From Eledone cirrhosa (lineage: Eukaryota), in the NCBI GenBank assembly GCA_964016885.1, contig OZ024741.1, positions 158,348,001-158,412,000 of the forward strand: 64,000 nt of DNA. The letters are read 5' to 3'. Under the pieces are notes generated by a model that worked only from the letters and a program-made list of their open reading frames with translations, made no database searches and was not told the origin of the DNA. A program made the translations under genes and the position numbers. The number at the start of each line of letters is the position of its first letter. Positions within the stretch are counted from its first letter, which is position 1. Positions 1 through 12,507 of the stretch are shown here, one piece after another.

Positions 1-1
1 T

Positions 2-3000
2 ATGAGCAACACATCGTTACCAGCGTATTCTGGCGATGCTAAATTGTGGTTTGCCCAGCTAGATGTGTATTTTGCGGCCAACGGAGTACAGGCAGCACAG
101 CAAAAACTACACGTGCTAATCAGTGGAATTCCCGCTTCGCTAGCAACTACAGTAAAGGACATCATCACGGATCCTCCACAAGGCGCTTCCTATGAGTCTC
201 TGAAGTCAGAGGTACTGCGTAGGAACAGTAGGTCGTCTGAGAGTAGATTTCGTTCCTTATTAGAGGATGAAAATCTGGGGGACAGAACTCCTTCAGAGTT
301 TTTACGGCGTATCCAAGAACTCTGTGATGTTGCGCCTAAAGTCAGTTCCTTCGTAAAAAAAGTTATTCTTCTCCCATTTGCCAACCAATGTGCAAATCGT
401 ATTGGCGAATATGGTTGAAACCAGTTCGATAGAACAAATTGCTGCCTCTGCGGACAGAATTATGGAATTTTCTAGGGGACCTACCTCGGCTGATTCGGTC
501 ATTGCTTCTTCTATTCTTAAGAAACAGCCTGCCTCACCTAGTGAGGAAGCCATATTGAGAGCTATTGATGGGTTAACACGTCAAGTAGCTAAACTGTGTC
601 GTGATCGAGCGCCACCTTTTCTTCTAACCGACGTACGAACCCCCCAGCCAACAGTTCTTCTTTGTGTTGGTACCATGCGCGTTTCAGTGATAAGGCACAT
701 CATTGTATCAAGCCCTGTTCTTTTTGGGGCATCGGAAAACTAAGTTTGGAGAGTCTGGGCACGGCAGACCTCTCCCTTAACATTTCGGCTTGTCGTGCTT
801 TCTTCATCAGATACCGAGTCTCAAACAAATCATTCATGGTCGACACAGGATCAAGTTGTAGTATTTGGCCCTTACGATTCAGCTCTACCAAGCCAACTTT
901 TTCCGGTATTTCCTTGTATGCAGTGAACCAGTCTCCTATAAAAAAAAACTATGGACAGATATCTTTATAATTGGACCTAGCTTTGCGTCGAGATTTTAAA
1001 TGGATTTTCGTCATTGCCGACCTACGTCATCCTATTCTCGGTGCGGATTTCTTACACCACTATTCACTTTTGGTAGATGTCAGGAAACAGAAGCTTGTGG
1101 ATAATACCACATCCTTATCTATGCCTACTCGTAAATCTACTGCTGCTGCTGTCAGTCCATCGTTTTTTGTGTCTGCCGCTGGAAACTAGTTTCATGCACT
1201 CCTTACTTCGTTTCCTGAGTTAACGGATATTTCATTTAAACCTACCTAGGCAGCCCACTCGAGTCAACACTTCATTATAATGACTGGTCCACCTGTTTTC
1301 TCTCGTCCACGAAGGTTGGCTCCGGATAGACTAAAAAAAGCCCGAGACGAGTTTGAGCACATGCTCCAGCTCAGTCTAATACGACCTTCCACCAGCCCAT
1401 GGACATCTCCACTACACTTGGCTCGAAAGGGTGAGGCGGATTTTAGATTGGTAGGAGATTACCGAAGACTTAACGCTATCACCACACCTGAACCTACAGG
1501 ATTTTTCATCCGTTCTGCATGGATGCACAATATTTTCCAAAATTGATCTAGTACGTGCATACCAGCAGATACCCATGAATCCAGAGGATATACCAAAGAC
1601 AGCCGTGACCACCCGCTTTGGTTCATTTGAATTCCTGTCCATGCCTTTTGGCTTGCGGAATGCCTCTAGCACGTTCTAACGTTTTATCGATGAAGTCATG
1701 CGTGGATTGGATTTCGTGTTTGCTTATGTGGATGACCTCCTGATAGCCAGCGACACAGCTAAACATCATCAGCAACATGTATCTCAGTTATTTCAACGTC
1801 TTCAATCGTACCCGGTCAGAATCAACCCAGCTAAATGTGTGTTTGGTACAGCTTCACTGGAATTCCTAGGACATCTGATAGATTCAGAAGGCATTCGACC
1901 TCTGCCATCTAAGGTGGAAGTGATTGAGCGAATCGCACTCCTCACCTCATTGAGGCAGTTACGTCATTTCTTAGGATTAATCAACTTTTATCGTCGTTTC
2001 ATTCCTAACTGTGCGGACAAGTTGTTGCCCTTGACATAGTTTTTAAAGGCTGCGAAAAAGAAAGATGCTTCCATTTCACTTTCTGCCGATGCTTTGCAAT
2101 CTTTCAAATCCGTCAAGTCCGAAATAGCTAAAGTTTCCTTTCTGGGTCATCCTTTTGCGAACACGAGGCTATCCTTAATTGTCGATGCGTCCGATCATGC
2201 TGTCGGAGGAGTCTTGCAACATACAATCAACCACCAGTTTCAACCACTGACGTTTTTCTCACGCCAACTAAAATCAGCAGAGCAACGTTACAGTACTTTT
2301 GACAGAGAGCTTTTAGCAGTTTATCTTGCTGTGAGACACTTCCACCATCTTCTTGAAGGTCGGGAGTTCACGGTATTCACAGACCATAAACCATTCACAT
2401 TCGCTCTTCAATCTAAGTCCGACAGTTACTCTCCGAGGGCATTTGGATTTCATCTCCTAGTACACCAGTGACATTCGTCATATAGCTGAAGCTGCCAACG
2501 TACCCGCGGACGTACTGTCTCGACTCCCTGTGTGCTCACTTGCGTCTCCTGTACATATTGATTTGGTTGCCATTGCGACTGACCAACCTTCTTTGGATTC
2601 TCTGGATACTTCTTCTACCCAGTTTTCCTACTGTAAATTTGAATATTTACCTCTTCCGTCTACTGAAGAGAAAATTCTTTGCGACATTTCTACCGGCTCA
2701 CCCAGACCACTTGTTCCAGATTGTCATCACCGTACCATTTTTGATGTACTTCATTCCTTGTCGCATCCCGGCATAGCTGCCACGGTGAAGCTTATCATGG
2801 CCTGATTCTTATGGCCTAGCTTGCGTCGTTTAATCACTGGTTGGGCACGATCTTGTTTGCAGTGTCAGCTCTCTAAGGTTCATCGGCATGTTCGCGCTTC
2901 TCTTGGTAAATTCAGCCCACCGGACGCTCGTTTCCGTCACATTCACATGGATATTGTTGGTCCTTGGCCCGTTAGTCGTGGGTTCACATATATATTGACT

Positions 3001-3864
3001 TGTATCGATCGTTTCTCTAGGTGGTCTGAAGTCATACCCCTAGTGGACATAACAGCAGAGTCTGTTGCCCGAGCTTTCATTTCCAATTGGGTTGCTCGCT
3101 TTGGTGTTCCTTCTAAAATAACCACGGATCGAGGACGTCAGTTCGAGGCTTCCTTATTTCGTGAAATATCACAACTTTTGGGTGCTCATCGCATTCATAC
3201 GACCAGCTATCACCCAGCCTCCAACGGAATGGTGGAGAGGTTTCACAGACAGTTGAAAGCTGCACTCCGCGCTACTCCTGATTTGCAACATTGGACAGAA
3301 TTTTTGCCAATTGTGCTTCTGGGTTGTCGTTCTGCCGTTAAGACAGATTTGGGTTTCTCCTCAGCTGAACTTCTTTACGGTACCACCTTGACTCTTCCCG
3401 GTCAAATGCTAGCACCGGTTGATTCATCGCATCTTGATCCAACATCATATGTCACCAGGATTCGTTCTTACTTCTCGGATCTTCCACCAATGAACCCTCG
3501 TGACCAGTCTATTTCTTCTGCTGTTCCATCAGATATCTCTACGTGGACACACATTTTTATACGGAATGATTCCGTCAAGGGACTTCTTAAGTCACTCTAT
3601 AATGGACCTTTTAGTGTGCTTTCGCACACACCAACACATTTCACAGTGGCTGTCAATGGTCGAAAAGAGACAATATCCATTGACAGAGCAAAGAGGGATT
3701 TCTCTGAAAGTCTCATTACAATGCCTGATACACCTCATACATTCACTCCCACACCAACACCTTCACCTCCACCGCAAACACTACATACCACACAACCTTA
3801 TGTCACACGAGGTGGCAGAACAGTAAAATGGCCACGTAAATTGTCAAAAACTATATACATTTAA
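2..3864 (+). mobile_element. Ty3/Gypsy LTR retrotransposon gag-pol, degenerate (frameshifts and stops)
   Basis: Ordered fragments: gag (2-~740, WFAQLD...LGDRTPSEFL), aspartic protease (FMVDTGSS, ILGADFL), RT (PWTSPLH, DYRRLN, YVDD ~1725), RNase H (VDASD, YSTFDRELLA, TDHKP), integrase (H..SHPG, C..C, MDIVGP, TTDRGRQF, NGMVERFH). PR-RT-RH-IN order is Gypsy. The 5' LTR is outside the window. Confidence 0.95.
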
Positions 3865-4252
3865 CCCCTGGTGGCATTAACAAACTCTTTTCAGTTTCAG
3901 ATAGAATTAGAGTCAGAAACGGCTGTACACTGGTGGTGTATGAACTATTTGATTTTGAAGAAACTTTGAACTTACCATTGAGCTTTAATTTTTCTCTGCT
4001 CCTTTATGTTAACTTTGAGTTATCAGTTTTGTTACATTTACATTTTTTCTGCATCATCCTTGTGCAGCAAAAAAATTTTTCTTTGTAAAATACATTGACT
4101 TGATTTGTGCTTTTTTGCTATTTGCTTCAGTTGCGAGCTCATGTTTTATTCATGCACTTTCTTGTACCTTTACTTTGCTCCTCATTTCTTACGGGTTCTT
4201 GCTACAATGACCTTCGGTTGGTTATTCGACTTCTCGTCTGAGAGGGAAGTCT

Positions 4253-4608
4253 TGTAGCGCTCTCTAGACAAAGGGAAGTAGCTAGAGTTACTTCCCGTAG
4301 AATTTCTAGAATATTCCTTGAACTTCCGTTCCAGGTATTATAAAAGAAAGAGCAAAGAGCAATCTCCCTCTTTTAGCAGCAGGCTCTTTAACTGACCACA
4401 CCAAGCACAAATATGTTAAGTTTTTCTAATCCTATCTTGTATTTCAGGATTACACCATATCATGTCACGAGGTACGTTTTGTTACCAAATTGTAATACAC
4501 ACACTACAATAAATACAAGTTGTTATTGATACTCGTTTTGAGATATTCGTCATGCTTCATTTTATTACGCTGAATGTAGAGAGATAATTCTAACCAAGAA
4601 AAATTACA
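4253..4608 (+). mobile_element. Probable 3' LTR of the Gypsy element (right end uncertain)
   Basis: Polypurine tract GAGAGGGAAG (4240-4249) followed by TGTAG at 4253, TATAAAA at ~4339, AATAAA at 4508 and a candidate TTACA end at 4608. No second LTR is available to confirm. Confidence 0.55.
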
Positions 4609-5511
4609 TAAAAGTTCTTCTTTATCTTCTTTCAAATTAAATTAGTGGTTGGCATGCAGTGGTTTTTACTGGAGTAAATAACTCTATGACCAACTCACTA
4701 AAACAGTAATAAGAGTTTAAATACAAATAGAAGATTGTTTTCGAGGGTCTGACAGAATTATGGGATTTTAAAATACAAGAAGATTGTTTTGAACAATCAG
4801 ACAGAATTATCGAATAACATTGAAAAGAAAAGATTTGATTCAAAGTTAAGCGGGCGATATAATACTGATAGGTGAATGGACTAGGAACATGGAGAGACAA
4901 GAAAATAGGGTGAATACATTACATTTTTCAAAAGCGAGCGAGCGTTCGGCCAAGAATAACAGATCGACAAACTCTGAGATTCGTAGCTCACAAGTTTATT
5001 TTATATTTGGAGAGAGAGGGGGTGAGAGAACCTGCAGGCATATATACGATATATGAGGGGGATAGAGAAGGGAGCGAGAAGGTTTGAGAAGGTTATTTTA
5101 TAATATAATCCTAGAAATTCGGCCATAATTAAACGAGCATATAAGAGTAACAAGAGTTTAAATACAAGTAGTTTGTGTAAATGTATATGTGTGTATGTAT
5201 GTTTGTGTGAATGTATGTGTATTTGTGTGAATTATGTCCGTGAGTGTGTATTTTTATAAGTTTGTTTACATATAGATGTATGTATGTGCACACTCATACG
5301 CGTCAGTGTGTAGAAAATCATAATCTCTCTATCTATCTCATCACACACTCTCTCTTTCTATATATATGGTAGTTGAAGTGATGGTGGTGATGGCGACGAT
5401 ATACCGGAAGTGCAACTTTGAAAAGAAGTCAATTTTAGATTATTTATTTTTACAAAATTTAGCACATAAATTATGTAATATTCATTCATTATTTATTCAA
5501 AGTAAGGATAA

Positions 5512-5610
5512 GAGGTTAACTTTGCCTTTAATCCTTACGGGGTCGATAAAATAAAGTACCAGTAATTCACTGGGTAATTGCTGGCCTTGTGCCTAAAGTA
5601 GAAACAATTA
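5512..5610 (+). mobile_element. 5'-truncated tRNA-SINE, family A (Meta-domain-like)
   Basis: TTTGCCTTTAATCCTTACGGGGTCGATAAAATAAAGTACCAG...GTGCCTAAAGTAGAAACAATTA matches the full copies at 14107, 20084, 21979 and 48003. Confidence 0.8.
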
Positions 5611-5691
5611 TTTATTCAAAGTAATCCGACTTATTTTACTAACTGGATTAAAAAAATAAACTGTACGCAGTCCCGCAGCCCTTGCTTTATT

Positions 5692-5801
<110 letters not shown>

Positions 5802-5811
5802 AACCAGTAAG

Positions 5812-5905
5812 ACCCCGACAGCTGAGCTCAAGCCGTTTCGACGGCTAATTCTGGACTAAATGAAAATTTATCCTGGTATTTAAATAGCCGATCTTCTCAA
5901 GGGGT
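5812..5905 (-). ncRNA. Second copy of the U3-A8 hammerhead, in the inverted pLTR
   Basis: Reverse complement of 8738-8831. Confidence 0.8.
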
Positions 5906-6275
5906 AATTCCATATATGGTCAAAGTGATTGTCAAAAATCAGTAGTAATTCTGTGGTTGCAAATTAGTAGGGGAGATGGTGGCTAAACCTGCCAGTAGGA
6001 GAAAGAGGGGAGGGGGTGGAGTAGACCCAATCAAGCGTTGGTAGTGCCAGCTACAGCTGGGCATGAGGTCAAAGAAGATACAGGGGAGGGGGAGGAAGTC
6101 GGAACGGTAGGTAGAACAATGGTGGGTAGAAATATATAGGAAAGAAAAAATACTGAGAATGAAGAAAAGCAAATAAGTGTAAAGAAAAGTGTAAAGTAAA
6201 TTAAATTCTACGACCTAGGTCTCAGGCTATTGTTAGGCTAGAATAAAAATCACCTTACCGCTACTTACTGCCGCC

Positions 6276-7631
6276 TTGGACTTCGCCGAAACACTTGTGC
6301 CCATCACCGACCAGGAAAGAAAAATCATCCTCCACGCCAGGAAGACAGTCTTACTCTTTGACGACTCTAAATGGATAAAAAGAGCTCCCGACTCACCCTT
6401 CGACGTCAGCATGGGCGCCACGGATTCGGCGGAGGTCACAGATCTTATAGGATTATTCCTAATAGCCAAACTCACTGATATGTTTCCTGCATTCGGTGGT
6501 GGATTGTACCGTGATGATGGGCTCCTTACCCTTAAAGGGTACAAACCCAGTAGTACAGATCGGGTCCGGAAACAATTAATCAGATTCTTCCGCGACTGGG
6601 GATTTAAAATAACCCTACAAACGTCCCTGACCCGAGTAAACTTCCTGGACGTGACCCTCGACCTCGAAAACGACCTGTACTACCCATACAGGAAACCTAA
6701 TGACAATCTGCACTACATCCACCGCCGATCAAACCATCCTAGGAACATCACAAACAACCTGGTCAAAAACATCTCCCTCCGCATATCCCGTTTGTCAGCA
6801 AATGAGCGGATATTCGATGAACATGCGCCTTATTACAACCAGGCCCTCAAGCGGAGTGGTTTCCGGGAGGAAATATCCTACTGTCCAGCTCCCATTAGCG
6901 GAACCAGCAGGAGACACCGCCGCTCACGCAATGTAACATGGTTCAATCCTCCCCACAACGCAGAGGTGACAACTCCCATCGGGAAACTATTCTTTAGGCT
7001 CATTGAAAAACACTTCCCATTACAACACCGCTACCACAACATAATTAACAAAAATACCATCAAACTCTCTTACAGCACTACACCAAACTTCGCACAAAAC
7101 ATCGTCTCCTCTAACAACAAAAAACTCAACCCCGATGGCAGAAATAACCTAAATAGCAGTGGAGAACCGACCAGGAGGTGTAACTGCCCGGATAGATCTA
7201 TTTGCCCACTCGACAATAGATGCAGAGACCGTAATGTGATCTACCAGTGCAACGTGAGGACGGATACCTCCAACAAAGCCTATATAGGACTTACCGCATG
7301 TGACTTCAAGACCCGGCTATACCAACATAGACATACCTTCCGAAACCCGGCCCGGCGTCACGCCACTACACTTTCGGACCACATATGGGACCTCAAGGAC
7401 AACAACATCACCTATGATCTCACTTGGAGATTACTGTCCAGAGCCAATTCTTACACGGGAGGACGCCATCCGTGCAATTTATGCTCGGAGGAAACTTTAC
7501 AAATGCTGTTTTCGACGGACCAACTCCTAAACAAGAAAGATGAACTGGTTACTGCATGTAAACATAGATTGCGTAGGACTTACCTCGCCCTCAAACCCCA
7601 TAATGACCCGGGGGGGGGGGGGGTAGACTAG
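6276..7631 (+). CDS. PLE reverse transcriptase plus GIY-YIG endonuclease (N-terminally truncated, open frame)
   Basis: MGATDSAEVTDL, LYRDD, VNFLDVTL, SNHP, WFNPP; linker CNCPDRSICPL (CxCx5C); VIYQC...YIGLT...FKTRLYQH; CNLCSEE. Confidence 0.92.
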   Translation: MDFAETLVPITDQERKIILHARKTVLLFDDSKWIKRAPDSPFDVSMGATDSAEVTDLIGLFLIAKLTDMFPAFGGGLYRDDGLLTLKGYKPSSTDRVRKQLIRFFRDWGFKITLQTSLTRVNFLDVTLDLENDLYYPYRKPNDNLHYIHRRSNHPRNITNNLVKNISLRISRLSANERIFDEHAPYYNQALKRSGFREEISYCPAPISGTSRRHRRSRNVTWFNPPHNAEVTTPIGKLFFRLIEKHFPLQHRYHNIINKNTIKLSYSTTPNFAQNIVSSNNKKLNPDGRNNLNSSGEPTRRCNCPDRSICPLDNRCRDRNVIYQCNVRTDTSNKAYIGLTACDFKTRLYQHRHTFRNPARRHATTLSDHIWDLKDNNITYDLTWRLLSRANSYTGGRHPCNLCSEETLQMLFSTDQLLNKKDELVTACKHRLRRTYLALKPHNDPGGGGVD

Positions 7632-8737
7632 GGCTATAACACCCCACTTGCCGATTTTGCAATGGGTAACCCCTGCTTGCCAAGGAAGACGTAAGATCTT
7701 CTTTGTATTCTTTTATCGCTTCCTTTATTTCCTTCCCCCCTCTCTCCTTAGTCCTTCTACCCCAGCTCTTCTCCTTTGTCGGCGTCTTTTCTCGCCCACC
7801 CGAGGCTGCCCTTTGGCCCCATGTAGCCTTAGTACCCCCACCACCCCCTCCCCTAGTCTATGATAGATTTGGCGGACTCCGCCCTTTATAGCAGTTGGCT
7901 TAGACCCCGGATACTTGCCCCCTTTTTCCGACCGCTCCCACTATTCTCTGTGCCCTCTATATTTCTTAGTGGCACTTATGCCTTATTTTTTCGTTTCAGT
8001 ATTTCTTGCTTCGCTTTTCTTCTGGGCGGGGTGGATTCTGAATTTATTTCTCCGTATTCTACCTTTATTTCGTACGAACTTTCATGTAGCTTGTTTTAGA
8101 TCTTTTAGAGTTAGCATTAGTATATATTTTTCTCGGGACTCTGAATTATTATCTCGTACAAGTTCACTTTGCTGCACTGGGTCGTTGCTGGCCCGGGATG
8201 GAAACCTTTATTGTTTATTTCGTGGTAGTCTCTTTAGTATTTTGGCCCCTTTTGTTGACCCGTCACCGTATCATTTACGTACTTATACCTCTTAAAAGGG
8301 TCCTTGCCTATCCGTCCCACCTAGTTCTTTTACTTATTTCGTTATTTCTTTATTTATTTCTTTCTTTACTTCTTTCTTTCTTTCTTTATTTTATTCTAGC
8401 CTAACAATAGCCTGAGACCTAGGTCGTAGAATTTAATTTACTTTACTTTTTTCTTTACACTTATTTGCTTTTCTTCACTCTCAGTATTTTTTCTTTCCTA
8501 TATATTTCTACCCACCATTGTTCTACCTACCGTTCCGACTTCCTCCCCCTCCCCCTCCCCTGTATCTTCTTTGACCTCATGCCCAGCTGTAGCTGGCACT
8601 ACCAACGCTTGATTGGGTCTACTCCACCCCCTCCCCTCTTTCTCCTACTGGCAGGTTTAGCCACCATCTCCCCTACTAATTTGCAACCACAGAATTACTA
8701 CTGATTTTTGACAATCACTTTGACCATATATGGAATT

Positions 8738-8831
8738 ACCCCTTGAGAAGATCGGCTATTTAAATACCAGGATAAATTTTCATTTAGTCCAGAATTAGCC
8801 GTCGAAACGGCTTGAGCTCAGCTGTCGGGGT
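8738..8831 (+). ncRNA. Type I hammerhead ribozyme with U3-A8 covariant core, in the PLE pLTR
   Basis: Stem I ACCCC/GGGGT; core TTGAGAA (8743-8749); stem II GA(T)CGGCTA...TAGCCGTC; GAAA (8804-8807); stem III ACGGCT-tgagctc-AGCTGT; GTC cleavage triplet ending at 8826. Confidence 0.8.
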
Positions 8832-8923
8832 CTTACTGGTTCCTATTACCCACTCTACTACCTCAAGTATTGAGTACTTTGGTGCGTTATGGTCCACCTG
8901 GTTCCTTACCACATTTCCTTCGT

Positions 8924-8982
<59 letters not shown>

Positions 8983-8989
8983 AGGGGCT

Positions 8990-9555
8990 AGTACTATCAC
9001 CACAATCACCACCACCATTGCCAATCACCTACACTGCTGACATCATCTCCACCATCATCACCACCAATTCTACTTCCAACAACACCCTACCACCACTGCC
9101 ACCATCACCACCATTACTACCACTACTGTCACTACCATCACCACCACTGCTACTACCACTGTCACTACCATCACCACCACTGTCACGACCATCACCACCA
9201 CTACTACCACCGCTGCTGCCACCATCACCATCACTATCACCACCACCACTGCCACCATCATCACTGCTGCCACCACTGTCACTACCACCACCACTACTTC
9301 CACTAACACCACTACCACCATCACCACTAACACTGCTGCCATCATCATCACCACTGTCAGTATCACCACCACAACTACCACCATCACCACCACTGCCACC
9401 ATCTCCACCACTGTTGCCACTACTGCCACTAGTACCACCAGCAATATCACCACCACCATCAACCCCACCTCTACCACAAGTGCCACTACAACTACCACCA
9501 TCACCACTGCCACTACCACCACTAACACCACCATTACTGCTGTCACCACCATAAT
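8990..9555. repeat. Degenerate (CAC/CAT/CTA/CTG)n trinucleotide tract
   Basis: Direct inspection. The overlapping Pro-rich and Val-rich ORFs are artefacts. Confidence 0.9.
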
Positions 9556-9615
9556 CAATCTATCACAATCATAAATTTTAACATATCTTCTCTTTTTCAC
9601 TGTCCGTATTTTCAG

Positions 9616-9782
9616 GTGATGCTAGTTCTCCGGAATGGTGACAATGATGTCCTCACTTTGAAGTTCAATGCTATTGGTAGCAACATCAGCAATTGGTTTA
9701 CAGCAGACAACCTAAAAGATAACCCATGGTCTGATCTAGAATTGAACAATGCAACATTCCAAATGGACGCCATAAATGATGA
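9616..9782 (+). CDS. Internal exon of an unnamed gene (globular domain, first part)
   Basis: ttttcag| ... GA|gtaagt. Phase 0 translation: VMLVLRNGDNDVLTLKFNAIGSNISNWFTADNLKDNPWSDLELNNATFQMDAIND. It resembles a recurrent uncharacterised marine-invertebrate domain (F.G.GS...WF...L..PW.DL), recalled from memory and not searched. Confidence 0.8.
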
Positions 9783-9829
9783 GTAAGTTATTTCAAATTT
9801 TCATTGGCTGGTTTAAATATATTAACAAG

Positions 9830-10735
9830 TGTTTGTTTAACTACTGTTAATCTAACTGACAGCAGTTGGTTTAACTAATCATGGTTGGTCTAACTAGCTA
9901 CTGATGGTCTAACTAACCCTAGTTGGTCTATCTTACCATTGTTTTTTTAAACTATTGTTGATCTGACTAACTACTGATGGTTTAACTAACCCCAGTTGGT
10001 CTAACTAACTACAGTTGGTTTAACTAACCACAGTTGGTCTATCTAACCATTGTTTTAATAACTACTGTTAATCTGACTAACTACTGATGGTCTAACTAAC
10101 CACAGTTGGTCCTACTAACTACTGTTGATCTGACTAATTACTGATGGTTTAACTAACCACAGTTGGTCTAACTACTGTAGGTTTAACTAACCACAGTTGG
10201 TCTATCTTACCATTGTTTTATGAACTACTGTTGATTTAACTAACTACTGATGGTCTAACTAACCCTGGTTGGTCTAACTAACTACTGTTGCTTTAACTAA
10301 CCACAGTTGGTCTATCTTACCATTGTTTTATGAACTACTGTTGATCTGACTAACTACTGATGGTCTAACTAACCCTGGTTGGTCTAACTAACTACTGTTG
10401 GTTTAACTAACCACAGTTGGTCTATCTAACCATTGTTTTATGAACTAATGTTGATCTTACTAATTACTGATGGTCTAACTAACCATGGTTGGTCTAACTA
10501 AATACTGTTGATTTAACTAACCACAGTTGGTCTATCTAACCATTGTTTTATGAACTACTGTTGATCTTACTAACTACTGATGGTCTAACTAATTACTTTT
10601 GGTCAGAATTCTGTCAGACTAACTAATGTTAGACTAACTAATATTGGTTTGATTACTGTTGGACTAATTACTGTTGGATTAACTGTTGTTGTACTAATTA
10701 CTGTTGGACTAATTACTGTTGGACTAACTACAATT
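9830..10735. repeat. Intronic minisatellite (CTAACTAACCACAGTTGGT-like ~19-bp units with a ~97-bp higher-order period)
   Basis: Direct inspection. Confidence 0.9.
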
Positions 10736-11067
10736 GGAAGATAAAGAAGAGATAAGGGGTGATTGAGTTTCAGTGAACAATTTAAGGAGATGGAGGAGAT
10801 AGTTAACTATTGTGTGTCAGAGTATAGTACAATCTCACAACAATCTATTGCAGTCTTAGTACAATTTAATCTCACCATAATCTCTTTTTAGTTCCATTGC
10901 TGCCCCACCACAGTCCCTGTTTGACGGCAGCATTTGAACTAACAGTCATTGCACTTAGATGCTCAGTAGCAGAACTATATGTCCTCTGATACTCTCCAAT
11001 ATCTTTAGATAAGGCAACAAGCCCTCCTCACTTTTTACACATACTCTTCTTTATTTTCACATTATAG

Positions 11068-12207
11068 CATAAGAAATGATAATAATTCAGGTAACAACAA
11101 TAATGGTAATAACCAAGGTAACAGCAATAACCAAGGTGACAACAATAACCAAGGTAACAACAGTAATCTATGTAGTAACAATAACCTAGGCAAGAACAAC
11201 CAAAGCAACAACAATAACCAAAGCAGTAAAGGAGACCAAGAGAATAGAAACATGGTAGTTAAAGGAACCAAAGGACATAAAGGAAATAAGGGAGATAAGG
11301 GAAACAAAGGAGATATGGGACCCAAGGATAACAAGGGAGATAAGGGAAACAAGGGACCTAAGGGAAAGAATGAACATAAGGGAGATAAGGGACTCAAGGG
11401 AGATAAGGGAAACAATGGACATAAGGGAAACAAAGGCGATAAGAGACCCAAGGGAGATAAGGGAAACAAGGGACATAAGGGAAACAATGGACATAAGGGA
11501 GATAAGGGACTCAAGGGAGATAAGAGAAACAAGGGACATAAGGGAAACAAAGGAGATAAGGGACCCAAGGAACATAAGGGAAACAAGGGACATAAGGGAA
11601 ACAATGGACATAAGGGACTTAAGAGATACAATGGACATAGGGAATATAAGGGACTCAAGAGAGATAAGAGAAACAATGGATATAAGGGACATAAGCGACC
11701 TAAGGGAAACAAGGGAGATAAGGAACATAAGGGAAACAAGGGACATAAGGGAAACAAGGGACATAAAGGAAACAAAAGACATAAAGGACATAAGGGAAAC
11801 AAGGCAGATAAGGGAGAAAAGGGAAACATGGTTGATATAGAAAACAAGGGAGATATGGGAGAAAAGGGAAACAAGGGAGATATGGGAGAAAAGGGAAACT
11901 TGGTTGATATAGAAAACAAGGGAGAAAAGGGAAACTTGGTTGATATAGGAAACAAGGGAGATATGGGAGAAAAGGGAAACAAGGGAGATATGGGAGAAAA
12001 GGGAAACTTGGTTGATATAGAAAACAAGGGAGAAAAGGGAAACTTGGTTGATATAGGAAACAAGGGAGATATGGGAGAAAAGGGAAACTTGGTTGATATA
12101 GGAAACAAGGAAGATAATCACTGCATCAATAATGGCCAGGACAACAATAACCAAAACAACAACCAAAATGCTGAAGACAAAGAGCTGAGTCCAGATGAAT
12201 ACCAGAG
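11068..12207 (+). CDS. Symmetric (phase 2-2) 1140-nt exon with Asn-rich and Gly-X-Lys collagen-like repeats
   Basis: Polypyrimidine tract plus tag| acceptor at 11067 and AG|gtatta donor at 12207. The frame is open throughout and matches both flanking exons (11069 to the ATG at 11252 is 61 codons). Confidence 0.7.
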
Positions 12208-12507
12208 GTATTAATATTAATATTATTAATATCAATATTATTTTTATTGTTTAGCCCTAGGTCAGCAGTCCTATGTGATCAATATGTTGTTGTTGTTATT
12301 GTTTAACCCTAGGCCCTGTAGACCTGTGTGACCAATACATTGTTGTTGCTGTTTAGCCCTAGGTCAACAGTCCTATGTAATCAATATTCTGTTGTTTAGC
12401 CCTAGGTCAGGGTTTAAATGATGTTTTAAACAGTAATGATATAGCTAGTGATAACTACAACTGCTTTAAATCATACAATAATGTTCGTATTAAGTTTCTC
12501 TGGCACC

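Noticed and set aside
9018-9600. Pro-rich and Val-rich ORFs
   Set aside because: Translations of a trinucleotide tract with no supporting splice structure.
11062-12235. Two long minus-strand ORFs
   Set aside because: Antisense shadows of the Gly-X-Lys repeat; the splice signals support the plus strand.
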